Part shown: piece after piece, positions 54,813-64,000 of the stretch
Layout: every line of letters starts with the position of its first letter
Numbering within the stretch: the first letter of the stretch is position 1
From: Candidatus Limnocylindrales bacterium
GTDB lineage: Bacteria > Chloroflexota > Limnocylindria > Limnocylindrales > CSP1-4
Reading direction: 5' to 3'
DNA length: 64,000 bases
NCBI GenBank assembly: GCA_052038965.1
Contig: JBQGDI010000058.1
Span: 4,248-68,247 of the forward strand
Notes under the pieces: generated by a model
Databases searched by the model: none
What the model was told of the DNA's origin: nothing
The model's input: only the letters and a program-made list of their open reading frames with translations
Translations under genes and position numbers: made by a program

Positions 54813-55637
54813 TCAGGCGGAGCGGGCCGGCTCCGCGGCGATGAGCCCGAGCAGCGCGGCGTGATGCCGCCGCGGGGCAGCCAGGACGCCGATCGACTTC
54901 GGGCCGCGGGTGACGTCGAACCACGGCCCTCCGCCCAGGTCCGTGACCTCCGCCCCGCCGCGGGCGGCGATGAGCCCCGCGGCCGCGACGTCCCAAGTCG
55001 AGAGGCCGCCCTGCTGGACGAAGGCGTCGAACCGACCGTTGGCGACGTAGGCCAGGGCGAGCGCCGCCGAGCCCATCGAGCGCGGCACGCGGATGGCCTT
55101 GCGGATGGCCCGTACGCGGCTGCTCAGGTTGCGGCCGCTGAGGGCCATCGAGACGACGAAGTCCGAGAGCGCGTCCTTGTCGGAGGCGGCCACGGCCGCC
55201 CCGTCGAGGGTCGCCGGGCCGTCGGCCGTCGCGGCGTAGGTCTCGTTCCGAGCCGGGTCGTGGACCACCCCCACGACCGGTTGGCCGTCGGCGACCAGCG
55301 CGATCGAGACGCAGAAGAACGGGATGCCGTTGGCGTAATTGATCGTGCCGTCGAGCGGGTCGACGATCCAGACCCGCCCGACCCCGGCCGTCGGCGCGAC
55401 CCCGCCCAGGGCGTGGTGCTCGCCGCTCTCCTCGCCGAGGAGGCCGTCGCCCGGGTGCTCCCGCCGGATCGCGTCGAGGATGAGCGCCTCGGACAGGTGG
55501 TCGACCTCGGTCACGACGTCCTTGGCCGACTTGTGGTCGATCCGCTCGACGCGGCCGTGGTGGTCCATCAGCAGCTCGCCGGCGCGGCGAGCGAGGTCGA
55601 GCGAGAACGCGAGGTCGCCGGCGTGACGGCTCGTCAC
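54813..55637 (-). CDS. suhB: Inositol monophosphatase-family protein (SuhB/ImpA-like)
   Basis: WIVDPLDGTINYANGIPFFCVSIAL and GSAALALAYVANGRFDAF motifs. GTG start in a GTGA overlap with the upstream gene. Confidence 0.85.
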   Translation of the reverse strand: MTSRHAGDLAFSLDLARRAGELLMDHHGRVERIDHKSAKDVVTEVDHLSEALILDAIRREHPGDGLLGEESGEHHALGGVAPTAGVGRVWIVDPLDGTINYANGIPFFCVSIALVADGQPVVGVVHDPARNETYAATADGPATLDGAAVAASDKDALSDFVVSMALSGRNLSSRVRAIRKAIRVPRSMGSAALALAYVANGRFDAFVQQGGLSTWDVAAAGLIAARGGAEVTDLGGGPWFDVTRGPKSIGVLAAPRRHHAALLGLIAAEPARSA

Positions 55638-56125
55638 GGCGACGTGCAATCGGCGGTCAGCGCGATGGCGGTCTCGCCGAACCTCGTCACGGTCGTGACG
55701 AATCGCACCTCCGAGTTGGCCGGCACGACCGGCGTCTGGACGACCTGGCGCGGGCCCCCGGCGCGGCGCGAGGCTTCGAGCACGACGCACGTCGTGGCCG
55801 CCGCCTTGTCGCCGTCGTTGGCGACGAGGAGCGTGATCGACAAGCCGCCAGCGGTTGGGGCCGCACCCAGCACGGCCCCGACGAATGGCCCGGTGCCGGC
55901 GAGGACGAACCGAGCCACGACGGCGAGGACGACGACGAAGGCGATGATGCCGAGAGCCGCGATCCCGTGGACCTGCGTGGCCGAGGGCTGGGCCAGCTCG
56001 AGCGGGTTGCAGTCGTCGCACAGCCCGTTCCCGGCCGCGACGCCGGGACGGCCGCAGCGGATGCAGCGATGGGTGTACTCGGGCTCGTCGCGGCCGGCGG
56101 CGAGGGCGGTCGGGGACGGCGGCAT
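55634..56125 (-). CDS. Zinc-ribbon / single-TM membrane protein (163 aa)
   Basis: ATG 56125. N-terminal CIRCGRP...CDDC zinc ribbon, one TM (GIAALGIIAFVVVLAVVARFVL), then an extracytoplasmic domain. Translationally coupled to suhB. Confidence 0.6.
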   Translation of the reverse strand: MPPSPTALAAGRDEPEYTHRCIRCGRPGVAAGNGLCDDCNPLELAQPSATQVHGIAALGIIAFVVVLAVVARFVLAGTGPFVGAVLGAAPTAGGLSITLLVANDGDKAAATTCVVLEASRRAGGPRQVVQTPVVPANSEVRFVTTVTRFGETAIALTADCTSP

Positions 56126-56154
56126 GGACCTGCGGATGGTGCCACGATCCGCGC

Positions 56155-56997
56155 CTACCAGCGGGCGGCGGCCGCCTCCAGGGCCTCGACGTCGCGCGGT
56201 GTCCGGGCGGTGACGACGACCTCGTCCACGCCCCGCTCCCGCAGCTCGGCCCACGCCTCCGCCGGTCGCTCGACCCACGGGCTGCCGGGCAGCGCGTCGA
56301 CGCCGGTCTTGCCGCCGCCGAACCCGACGACGATCCGGACGTCATCTCGCCGCCGGCCGTTCGCCGCCAGCGCCTCGAAGTACCGATCGCGGAGCTCGTC
56401 GAAGTACCGCCGCTCCGGCGCCCAGCCGTCTCCGATCCGGGCCGCGACGTCGACCCCGCGGCGCGACTCGCCGCCGATCAGGATTCGCGGCGCCGGTTCC
56501 GGCACCGGAAACGCGTACGCCTCGCGGAGCGGGTAGAACGGGCTCTCGCGGCTGATCGGGCCGCCCGTCCAGAGGGCGCGCAGGACCGCCACGGCCTCCT
56601 CCAGCCTCGCCACCCGCTCGTCGACCGGCGGATTCGGGATGCCGTAGGCGGCCAGCTCCCGGTCGCCGCCGCCGATCCCGAGACCCACCGTCAAGCGGCC
56701 ACCGGAGGCTGCCTGGAGCGTCGCCGCCATGCGGGCCAGCAACGCCGGGTGGCGCGTGACGACGTTCGTGATGAACGTGCCCAGGCCGATCCGGCCGGTC
56801 CGCCCGGCGGCCGCGGCGAGAATCGTCCACTGCTCGAGAACGGGGACGGTCGGATCGCCCTTGCCGATGAAGTGGTCCCAGGCCCATACGGCCCGGTAGC
56901 CGGCGGCCTCGAGCCGCCGGGCGCCATCGAGCCACCAGCCCGCGGTCGCGCCGACCGTCCCAAGGGCGACGCCGATCGGCAGTCCTCGCTCGGCCAC
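56155..56997 (-). CDS. Luciferase-like monooxygenase (LLM) family oxidoreductase, probably F420-dependent
   Basis: GTG 56997, 14 nt after the MTAP stop. TIM-barrel LLM motifs (WAWDHF, LTVGLGIGG). Confidence 0.7.
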   Translation of the reverse strand: MAERGLPIGVALGTVGATAGWWLDGARRLEAAGYRAVWAWDHFIGKGDPTVPVLEQWTILAAAAGRTGRIGLGTFITNVVTRHPALLARMAATLQAASGGRLTVGLGIGGGDRELAAYGIPNPPVDERVARLEEAVAVLRALWTGGPISRESPFYPLREAYAFPVPEPAPRILIGGESRRGVDVAARIGDGWAPERRYFDELRDRYFEALAANGRRRDDVRIVVGFGGGKTGVDALPGSPWVERPAEAWAELRERGVDEVVVTARTPRDVEALEAAAARW

Positions 56998-57011
56998 GAC
57001 GTCCGCCGCCG

Positions 57012-57860
57012 CTACAGCCCCGTCTCGAAGAGCCGGATGTCCTCGGGGCTCGTGACGTGGCCGTCGCCGCGCGTCGGGCCGAGTGCCCCCCGGGCGCCGA
57101 GCGAATCGAGATCCGCCGGGAGTCGCCCGATGAGGTCCAGGACGACCTTCTGGATCCTCTCGGCGTTCTGGGCGAAGACCTCGAGCACGCTCTGGGCGTC
57201 GACCGCCGCGGTGCCCTCGATGACGCCCGCGTCGTAGTCCGTGATCAACGCGATGTTCACGACCGCCATCCCGAGCTCCCGGCACAGCCACGCCTCGGGG
57301 TACTGGGTCATGCTGATGACCTCCCAGCCCGCGTCGCTGAACCACTTCGATTCGGCCCTCGTCGAGAAGCGCGGCCCCTCGATGATCACGATCGTGCCGC
57401 GCTCGTGGTGGGGGATGCCGTGATCCCGGATCGTCTCGACGGCCAGGGCCCGGAGCGTCGGGTCATAGACATCCGCGGACGACAGGTGGGTCACGATCGG
57501 CCCGTCGTAGAAGGTGTCGACCCGGTGGCGGGTGCGATCGACGAGCTGGTCGCAGACGACGAAGTCGCCGGGCGCGACGTGGGGCTGGAGCGAGCCGGCG
57601 GCGCACGGTGAGATCACGGCCTTCACGCCGAGCGACCGCATCGCCCAGACGTTGGCCCGGTAGTTGATCTTGTGGGGCGGGATCGTGTGGCGCCGTCCGT
57701 GGCGCGGCAGGAACGCGACCGACCGGCCGGCCACGCCGGCCAGGAAGAACGAATCCGACGGTGGCCCGTAGGGCGTGTCGACCTTGATCTCGCGAACGTC
57801 GGCCAGCAGGGAGTAGAACCCCGAGCCGCCGAACACGCCGATCTCCGCCCGATCCACCAC
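57012..57860 (-). CDS. mtnP: S-methyl-5'-thioadenosine phosphorylase (PNP/MTAP family)
   Basis: IGVFGGSGFY phosphate-binding N-terminus. GTG starts at 57860/57857 follow GGAGG; the ORF extends to 57926. Confidence 0.8.
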   Translation of the reverse strand: MVDRAEIGVFGGSGFYSLLADVREIKVDTPYGPPSDSFFLAGVAGRSVAFLPRHGRRHTIPPHKINYRANVWAMRSLGVKAVISPCAAGSLQPHVAPGDFVVCDQLVDRTRHRVDTFYDGPIVTHLSSADVYDPTLRALAVETIRDHGIPHHERGTIVIIEGPRFSTRAESKWFSDAGWEVISMTQYPEAWLCRELGMAVVNIALITDYDAGVIEGTAAVDAQSVLEVFAQNAERIQKVVLDLIGRLPADLDSLGARGALGPTRGDGHVTSPEDIRLFETGL

Positions 57861-57952
57861 CGCGACCTCCTGCTGCTGCACCTCGGGGATTCTAGTCGTG
57901 GTGCGCGGGGGTACGATGGACGGCACGCCCCGTCACCACCGAGGAGAGGACG

Positions 57953-58327
57953 ATGACATCGGAGCAGCGGGACCCGGCAACGACCGAGCCGGCGGCGAGC
58001 GAGCCCATCCCCGCGCCGCCCTCACCGACGTTCGAGCAGCGGATGGAATCCTTCGGCCGGGAGGCCGGTGCCGCGGGCGAGCGCCTGGGCCACGAGGCCG
58101 AGGCGGCCGCCCAGCGCCTGTCGAGGGACCCCGCCGTCAGCGGCGCGGCGAGCGCGGCCGGGGTGGCGTTCGGCCTGATCGTGCTCGCGGTCGGGCTGTG
58201 GCTGTTCGCGGACGTGACGCTCGTGATGGACCTGCCGGCCGTGCCGTGGCGCGACCTGTGGCCCCTCGGGCTGATCGTGGTTGGCGGGGCCGTCCTGTTC
58301 CGGGGAATGACCCGCCGGACGTCCTAG
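57953..58327 (+). CDS. Small membrane protein (2 TM), unknown function
   Basis: GAGGAGAGG RBS. Hydrophilic N-terminus then VAFGLIVLAVGLWLFADV / WPLGLIVVGGAVLF. Confidence 0.6.
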   Translation: MTSEQRDPATTEPAASEPIPAPPSPTFEQRMESFGREAGAAGERLGHEAEAAAQRLSRDPAVSGAASAAGVAFGLIVLAVGLWLFADVTLVMDLPAVPWRDLWPLGLIVVGGAVLFRGMTRRTS

Positions 58328-58860
58328 CCGGCCGTCGGCGCCTGGCCCGGTGTCACCGGCGAGGCGGCCGGCAGCTCCGCGTGCGGGCCGGTGACGAGGA
58401 CCTCGCCGTAGGCCTTTTCGCCGCTCGGCTCGCGGATCACGTAGGCGTGCCGGATCTCGGCGATCCCTGAGGCGAGGTTCGCCGTGACGGTGCAGTACTT
58501 CGAGGCGGACAGCTCGATCGCCCGGCGCACGGCCGCCTCCGTCACGTCGCCCTCGACGGCGTGGATCACCAGGATCCGCTCGAAGACCCGCGGGTGTGGC
58601 TCCTCGCGGCGCTGCCCGGCGACGCGGACCTCGTAGCTGTCGACCCGCTGCTGCTTCTTGCGCAGGATCGAGATGACGTCCATCGCCGTGCAGCCCGCCT
58701 GCGCGACGAGCAGCAGCTCGGCCGGGGTCGCCGCCGTGCCGCCTGCGGCATCGTCCATCTCGATCAGGTGGCCGCTGCCGGTGCGGGCCACGAAGCGCAT
58801 TCCATCGCCCTCGAGCGCCGCGGTGACCGTCTTCATCGACATCGGGCTGTCCTCCTGCAT
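58324..58860 (-). CDS. osmC: OsmC/Ohr-family peroxiredoxin-like protein
   Basis: Conserved cysteines (AQAGCTAMD, SKYCTV). The start may be the internal ATG at 58836. Confidence 0.8.
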   Translation of the reverse strand: MQEDSPMSMKTVTAALEGDGMRFVARTGSGHLIEMDDAAGGTAATPAELLLVAQAGCTAMDVISILRKKQQRVDSYEVRVAGQRREEPHPRVFERILVIHAVEGDVTEAAVRRAIELSASKYCTVTANLASGIAEIRHAYVIREPSGEKAYGEVLVTGPHAELPAASPVTPGQAPTAG

Positions 58861-58949
58861 CGGCCGGATCGTCCGTCCCGGCCTCCCCCACCGACAGGGA
58901 CGTTCGGCCCGAAACGGGCAGCCGAAGGACCGCCGCTACCATCGTCCCG

Positions 58950-59378
58950 ATGGACCGGCCCACCTCCGTCCGTATTCCCGAGCCCATCCGGGCCTTCCTC
59001 GAGGCCCCGAACTACGCCTCGCTGGCGACCATCGGGCGCGACGGCGCGCCGCACCAGGCAGTCGTCTGGTACCGGCTCGAGGGGGATGACCGGATCCTCG
59101 TCAACAGCCTCGTCGGGCGCCGCTGGCCGGCGGAGCTGCTGGCCGACCCTCGCTGCTCGCTGGCCGTCACGGCCGTCGGCGACCCCCTCCACTGGGTCGG
59201 CCTGCAGGGCCTCGTCGACGCCGTGGATCGGGACGTCGAGCGGGCGCGGGCCGACATCGTGGCCCTCGCCTACCGCTACGACGACGCCAGCCCGTCGACC
59301 GTCGCCCGCTTTCGGTCGCAGGAGCGCATCACCTTCCGTATCCGGGTCGTGTCCGTCCACGACCACCTGGAGGACTGA
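58950..59378 (+). CDS. PPOX-class (pyridoxamine-5'-phosphate-oxidase fold) probable F420-dependent enzyme
   Basis: 142 aa, split-barrel signature (PNYASLATIGRDGAPHQAVVWY...DRILVNS). Confidence 0.7.
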   Translation: MDRPTSVRIPEPIRAFLEAPNYASLATIGRDGAPHQAVVWYRLEGDDRILVNSLVGRRWPAELLADPRCSLAVTAVGDPLHWVGLQGLVDAVDRDVERARADIVALAYRYDDASPSTVARFRSQERITFRIRVVSVHDHLED

Positions 59379-59383
59379 GTTCC

Positions 59384-60322
59384 ATGCCCACCCTGAAATT
59401 CGGCGCCCAGCCGTGGTCGCAGGCCAGCGACTGGCCGAACTTCCATGATGCGGCCGTCACCGCCGACCGCGTGGGCTGGGACTCCATCTGGACCTGGGAC
59501 CACCTGCTGGCGATCCAGGGACCATGGGAGCAGCCGATCTTCGAGGGCTGGATGGCGCTTGCCGGCCTTGCGCCAGTCACGGAGCGGGCCCGGCTCGGGT
59601 TGATGGTCGGCGCGAACACGCTCCGCAACCCCGGGCTGACCGCCAAGATGGCCATCACCCTCGACCACATCTCCGGCGGCCGCGCCATCATCGGCATCGG
59701 TGGCGCCTGGTTCCAGCGCGAGCACGAGGCCTTCGGCTTCGAGTTCGGCCGGTCGCCCGGCGAGCGCCTCGCGTGGCTCGACGAGGCCGTGGGCCTGATG
59801 CGCCGGCTGCTCGACGGCGAGCGCGTGACGCACGACGGCCCGCATTACCGGATGGTCGACGCGCTGTGCCTGCCGGGACCCGTCCAGGCGCACCTGCCCA
59901 TCCTCATCGGTGGCAGTGGCGAGCAGAAGACCCTCCGGACCGTCGCCAGGCACGCCGATGCGTGGAACATGGGCGGGACGGTCGAGGCGGTCGCCCGCAA
60001 GGCGGCGATCCTCGAGGAGCACTGCGCGGCCGTCGGCCGGGACCCAGCCACGATCGAGCGCACGTTCGGCTTCCCGATGGTCATCCGCGACTCCATCGTC
60101 GAGGCGCGGCAGGCCCTCGACGCGATCGTGGCCCACAACCGGATGGCGCCGTTCGACGCGACCACGACGGTCCTGCTCGGGCCGCCGGAGGCGATCGCCG
60201 ACCAGCTCCGGCCGTACCTGCCCTTTGGCCTCGCCACGGTCATCGTCAGGATGCCGGCGCCATACGATCGCGAGACGATCCATCGGATGCCCGAGCTGCG
60301 GGAGCTGCTTGCCCGGGACTGA
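59384..60322 (+). CDS. LLM-class F420-dependent oxidoreductase
   Basis: MPTLKFGAQPW...WDSIWTWDHL...GGRAIIGIGGAW are typical of the F420-dependent LLM subfamily. Confidence 0.8.
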   Translation: MPTLKFGAQPWSQASDWPNFHDAAVTADRVGWDSIWTWDHLLAIQGPWEQPIFEGWMALAGLAPVTERARLGLMVGANTLRNPGLTAKMAITLDHISGGRAIIGIGGAWFQREHEAFGFEFGRSPGERLAWLDEAVGLMRRLLDGERVTHDGPHYRMVDALCLPGPVQAHLPILIGGSGEQKTLRTVARHADAWNMGGTVEAVARKAAILEEHCAAVGRDPATIERTFGFPMVIRDSIVEARQALDAIVAHNRMAPFDATTTVLLGPPEAIADQLRPYLPFGLATVIVRMPAPYDRETIHRMPELRELLARD

Positions 60323-60336
60323 CCCCGGTCCGCCCG

Positions 60337-60675
60337 TCAGTTGATGGGCGGCGGGATCTCGATCGTCGGTACCGGTCGACCGGGCGTGGGCGGAACCGGT
60401 GTCTGGACGATCGGAGGCGACGACGCCGTCGGTCCGGGAGTGGCTGTCGGTGGCGTCGCGCTGGACGGGGGCGAGGCCGACGGGGCCGTGGGCGGGGCGG
60501 CCGACGGGCTCGCTCCCGGCGTCGCGGTTGCCGTGCTGGCAGCGGGTGTCGGGGACGGCGGTTGCGGCTCGGGGTTGCAGCTCGCCACGAGGGCCGCGAA
60601 GACGATGACGGCCGCGGCGCCCGTGATCGCCAGGAGGCCGAGGCCGATGCGTCGACGGCGCGCCTCGCTGTGCAT
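60337..60675 (-). CDS. Pro/Ala/Ser/Thr-rich small lipoprotein (112 aa)
   Basis: Signal peptide with lipobox LVASC, then about 80 aa of low-complexity PAST sequence. Lies downstream of the M6 protease on the same strand. Confidence 0.5.
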   Translation of the reverse strand: MHSEARRRRIGLGLLAITGAAAVIVFAALVASCNPEPQPPSPTPAASTATATPGASPSAAPPTAPSASPPSSATPPTATPGPTASSPPIVQTPVPPTPGRPVPTIEIPPPIN

Positions 60676-60769
60676 GTCGGTCGGGCACTGTACAGGAAGC
60701 GGCCCGCCGGGGATCCCGGCGGGCCGCTCGCGAGCCTCGGTTTGACCGGCGCGGGACGCCGGTCGATCG

Positions 60770-63151
60770 CTACGGGTTGACGACGATCTGCATGAAGTTC
60801 CCCTGCGCCGAAACGTTGGCGACGAAGATCTTCGTGCCCGTGTGCGGGTTGTTCACGCTCGACCATTCGGACTGGTAGCGGCCATCGGCGGGCGCATCGC
60901 CCGGGTGGCCGTCGACCCAGTAGCTCAGGTTGTCGTTGAACATCCGGACTGCCGGCAAGGACGATCGCGTGAGCGTCAGCCCGGCCGACAGGTTGTGGAG
61001 CGTGATCGCGTCCGTCGCCTCGAGCCCGAAGGTCGAGTCGTAGGACTGGATCCGCGGCCGGGCCACGCTGCCGTCGCTCCAGGTCAGGATGCCCGGATGG
61101 GCATCGATCGGCAGGAGCAGGCCCTGGCCCGGGTGGTCACCGACGTTGTTGTCCGCCTGCGACGTGTCCCAGTACCAGATCAGGAGCCCGTCCTGGTACT
61201 TGAAGTGCTCGACCCAGTTGGGCAGGCCTTCCGTCCCGGCCGGGTCCACGAAGTTGTACGGGCCGAGCTCGAGGGCCTTGTCGTAGCCCTTGTAGTTGCG
61301 GTACTCGGCCAGGTAGTAGTGGTTGGCGACCGTGGTGACGGTCCCGTTCGTGCGGATGAAGCCGTCGAACGTCCAACCCGTGTCAGTCTCGGCGTCGTCG
61401 ACGAGGCCGCCGTTGACGGCCAGGTCGTCCCAACCGAAGCCCTCACCGACGGCCGCACCATCCGTCCAGTAGCGGAACCGCAACAGGACGTTCTGGTTGG
61501 CGTAGGCGCTGAGGTCAGCGGTGACGTTCACCGGGCTCGGGGTCAGGTCCAGGTTGTCGTCGCACGCCAGGGCGTGTCCCGAGACACCCGAGATCCCCTC
61601 GCCGAAGTTCTGGCCGTTGACATTGAAGGCCGGCGGGTCCGAGGCGGACGTGTGGACGTTGGTCCAGGTCGTGCCGCCGTCGGTCGAGACCTGCAGGTAC
61701 GCGTAGTCCCAGCATGGTTCGACGTGGTAGCGGGCAGAGAACGACACGTTGACCGGAGCCGCCCCGAAGGACATGGCCTTGGTCATCGTGTTGTCGAGAT
61801 CGTTGCCCGAACCGGAGTGGTAGAACCACTCGCCGGACCACGCATCGCCGATGAAGGCCGAGACCTCCTTGGGCGGCAGGATCACGAAGACCCCCTGCGC
61901 CTGCTTGGTGTTCGAGCTGACCGCGCTCAGCTTGTGGGCGCTCCGCTGCCCGGCAAACGCGACCTCGTAGTTCAGCCAGCCGAGGAAGAACTTCTCCCAG
62001 GCCGACATGTGGACCGGGTAGCTGCCGAGGTCGTCCGAGATCGTGCCGTACGAGCCCTGGGACCACATCGTCCACCAGGCCGTGCTGTTCTCGGCGCCGC
62101 CGGTGTTGCCGCTGGTGTCATACAGGTCGGGCAGGTCGAGGTCGTGGCCGAACTCGTGCCCGAAGACGCCGACGCCACCGTTCTCCGGCTCGACGGTGTA
62201 GTCGCCGATCCAGTAGTCGCTGGCGCCGATGCGGGCGCCGCCGAAGGCCGGACCACCCGGCGGGCCGTCGGACCCGACGGGGATGCTGTTGACGTACGAG
62301 CGATGGCTCCAGATGGCGTCCTCGCCGAGGGCGCCGCCACCCGTCTCCTCGCCCTCGCCGGCATGGACCGACTGGAAGTGGTCGATGTAGCCATCCGGCT
62401 CGTCGAAGTCGCCGTCGCCGTCCCAGTCGTAGCGGTCCCAGACGTCGAACGTCGAGAGGAACGCGTTCGCCGCGGCGACGCTGCCCTGCTCAGCCACCAG
62501 AACGTTCCACCACCCGTCGGCCTGGTCCTCGATGAACCGCCCGACGTCGCGGGTGCAGACGATGCTGCCGCAGTAGTTGCTGCCGTAGGCCGCCGGGTTG
62601 TTCGGGACGGTGACCCAGTCGCTCACGTAGCCGTCGACGCTGTAGCGCCCGTCGGACGCCGCGAGATACCAGTTCGCCATCGACGGGACCTGGGTCTTGT
62701 TGTAGAGCAGGTTGTCGTAGTGATCCTGGCTGAAGTCCTCGACCCAGATCGTGGTGTTGTCGACGTCGCGATCGGGCTCGGGGATGTTGTTGTGCGGCCA
62801 GGCATCGCCGGTATGGGTGATGCTCCCGAACGTGCCGTGGTTGTGGGTCGGGTCGCCGTCGCCGAACTCGGCGAGCAGGGTCAGGATCTGGTCCTCGCCC
62901 TCGAACGCCAGCTCGACGAACTGGCCTTTGGCAACCTCCACGACCTTGTTCGGCCCCTTCGCCTCGGCCTGGCCCTTCATGACCATGTCGAGGGCCTTGA
63001 CCTTGAGCGCCGACTGCTTCTTGGCGAGACCATTCGGCAGGTAGTCGGTCTTGTTCAGGCGCTTCGCCTGGTCGGGGGCGGCGCTGACCGCACCGGCGGT
63101 CAACGAGAAGAGCAGCGCGAGGCTGCTCAATACGCTCAGTACCTTCCTCAC
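60770..63151 (-). CDS. Secreted M6-family (immune inhibitor A / InhA-like) zinc metalloprotease
   Basis: HEFGHDLDLPDLYD zinc-binding HExxH...D motif. Signal peptide MRKVLSVLSSLALLFSLTAGAVSA from GTG 63151, preceded by GGAGG at 5 nt; the ORF extends to GTG 63175. Confidence 0.85.
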   Translation of the reverse strand: MRKVLSVLSSLALLFSLTAGAVSAAPDQAKRLNKTDYLPNGLAKKQSALKVKALDMVMKGQAEAKGPNKVVEVAKGQFVELAFEGEDQILTLLAEFGDGDPTHNHGTFGSITHTGDAWPHNNIPEPDRDVDNTTIWVEDFSQDHYDNLLYNKTQVPSMANWYLAASDGRYSVDGYVSDWVTVPNNPAAYGSNYCGSIVCTRDVGRFIEDQADGWWNVLVAEQGSVAAANAFLSTFDVWDRYDWDGDGDFDEPDGYIDHFQSVHAGEGEETGGGALGEDAIWSHRSYVNSIPVGSDGPPGGPAFGGARIGASDYWIGDYTVEPENGGVGVFGHEFGHDLDLPDLYDTSGNTGGAENSTAWWTMWSQGSYGTISDDLGSYPVHMSAWEKFFLGWLNYEVAFAGQRSAHKLSAVSSNTKQAQGVFVILPPKEVSAFIGDAWSGEWFYHSGSGNDLDNTMTKAMSFGAAPVNVSFSARYHVEPCWDYAYLQVSTDGGTTWTNVHTSASDPPAFNVNGQNFGEGISGVSGHALACDDNLDLTPSPVNVTADLSAYANQNVLLRFRYWTDGAAVGEGFGWDDLAVNGGLVDDAETDTGWTFDGFIRTNGTVTTVANHYYLAEYRNYKGYDKALELGPYNFVDPAGTEGLPNWVEHFKYQDGLLIWYWDTSQADNNVGDHPGQGLLLPIDAHPGILTWSDGSVARPRIQSYDSTFGLEATDAITLHNLSAGLTLTRSSLPAVRMFNDNLSYWVDGHPGDAPADGRYQSEWSSVNNPHTGTKIFVANVSAQGNFMQIVVNP

Positions 63152-63469
63152 ACGGGCCTCCAAGACGTTGGACACGATGCCGTGGCCGTTCGCCCGCGGG
63201 CGGGGACGGGCCCCGGCAAACCGATGGAGACTCAGGCGGTCTCCGCTCCTCCAGGTCGAGACCGCGCCGTTCGAGGTGACCTATTGGAAGGGGATGGGAC
63301 GCGACGGCTGGGCAGCTCGCAGGTGAGCAGCCGTGGCGCGAAGAGCGAACGATCCCCTTGCCGCGCTGGCTCCCGGCGAGTCCTCCGACTCGCACCCAGC
63401 GCCCTGTCGGCGCAGGATACGCCCGTGCGGGAATCTCGTGTCAGTCGGGTACAGAACATGGTGGTGCGG

Positions 63470-64000
63470 TGACGCACCGGGCCGAGCCTCGGACGGTGTT
63501 GCTCGCCGGGGGCGTCGGCGGCGCCCGGCTGGGCCAAGGCCTCCAGGCCCACCTTGCCGATCGACTCACGGTCGTCGTGAATACCGGCGACGACCTCGAG
63601 CGACACGGGCTGCTCGTATGCCCCGATCACGACACGGTCATGTATACGCTCGCGGGCATCGATAACCGGGCCTGGGGCTGGGGCATCGAGGGCGAGACGT
63701 TCGCCGCGGCCGAGATGCTGGAGCGGTACGGTGAAGAGCGCTGGTTCCGGCTGGGCGACCGCGACCTCGCCACCCACGTGGTGCGGACCGCCCGTGTGCG
63801 CGCCGGGGAGCGGTTGACCGACGTTTCGCGCCACCTCCAGCGGTCGCTCGGCGTGGCGGCCACGATCCTGCCGATGACCGACGCGCCGGTCCGGACCGAG
63901 GTCCTAACCGAGGACGGCTGGCTCGAGTTCCAGGAATACTTCGTGCATCGCCACCAAGCCCCGAGCGTCACCGACCTGCGATTTCGGGGGATCGACGCGG
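63470..64000 (+). CDS. cofD: 2-phospho-L-lactate transferase CofD (F420 biosynthesis), 5' part; runs off the window
   Basis: VLLAGGVGGARLGQGL...VVVNTGDDLERHGLLVCPDHDTVMYTLAG...GDRDLATHVVRT aligns with my memory of M. tuberculosis CofD/FbiA-family transferases. Confidence 0.75.

Noticed and set aside
1-64000. CRISPR arrays, IS elements, integrases, prophage or plasmid genes
   Set aside because: No repeat-spacer periodicity, transposase/integrase motifs or phage structural gene signatures were seen in any frame.

Overview
High-GC (about 70-73 % G+C) chromosomal segment with Actinomycetota-like coding style: dense, mostly co-directional genes, frequent ATGA/GTGA start-stop overlaps, GTG/TTG starts and GGAGG-type ribosome-binding sites. 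No rRNA, tRNA, CRISPR array, transposase or prophage signature was found. Most long ORFs in the six-frame track are GC-frame artefacts antisense to real genes; about 59 are plausible genes, all assigned from motifs read in the translations. Main content: (i) an 8-12 gene co-directional cation-homeostasis cluster on the minus strand (about 7955..22325). It carries an MgtC-family gene, a DmpA-like peptidase, a truncated KdpD sensor kinase plus KdpE regulator sitting directly on three tandem paralogues of KimA-type (APC-superfamily) K+ importers rather than kdpFABC, a NiCoT nickel/cobalt permease translationally coupled to a Fur-family regulator with a candidate palindromic operator, a GT-C membrane glycosyltransferase, and a His-rich protein coupled to a small conserved protein. 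(ii) Two further two-component systems, thymidine kinase and glutamate dehydrogenase. (iii) A COG1470/NEW3-domain secreted protein with an ABC ATPase, ABC-2 permease and a large membrane protein. (iv) A 1696-aa alpha-2-macroglobulin-like protein that seems to lack the CxEQ thioester. (v) A DUF3090/SCO1664 gene pair, an FGGY sugar kinase and a molybdopterin oxidoreductase. (vi) Pyruvate dehydrogenase E1, an FTR1/EfeU iron permease and a PQQ-type sugar dehydrogenase lipoprotein. (vii) An F420-flavoured block with two LLM oxidoreductases, a PPOX-class enzyme and the 5' end of cofD. (viii) A secreted M6 (InhA-like) metalloprotease. Regulatory candidates: an SD-sequestering hairpin, MarR and Fur-type operator repeats, direct repeats upstream of the iron permease, and an AT-rich promoter-like island. 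All family assignments rest on recalled family signatures and should be confirmed by HMM/BLAST searches.
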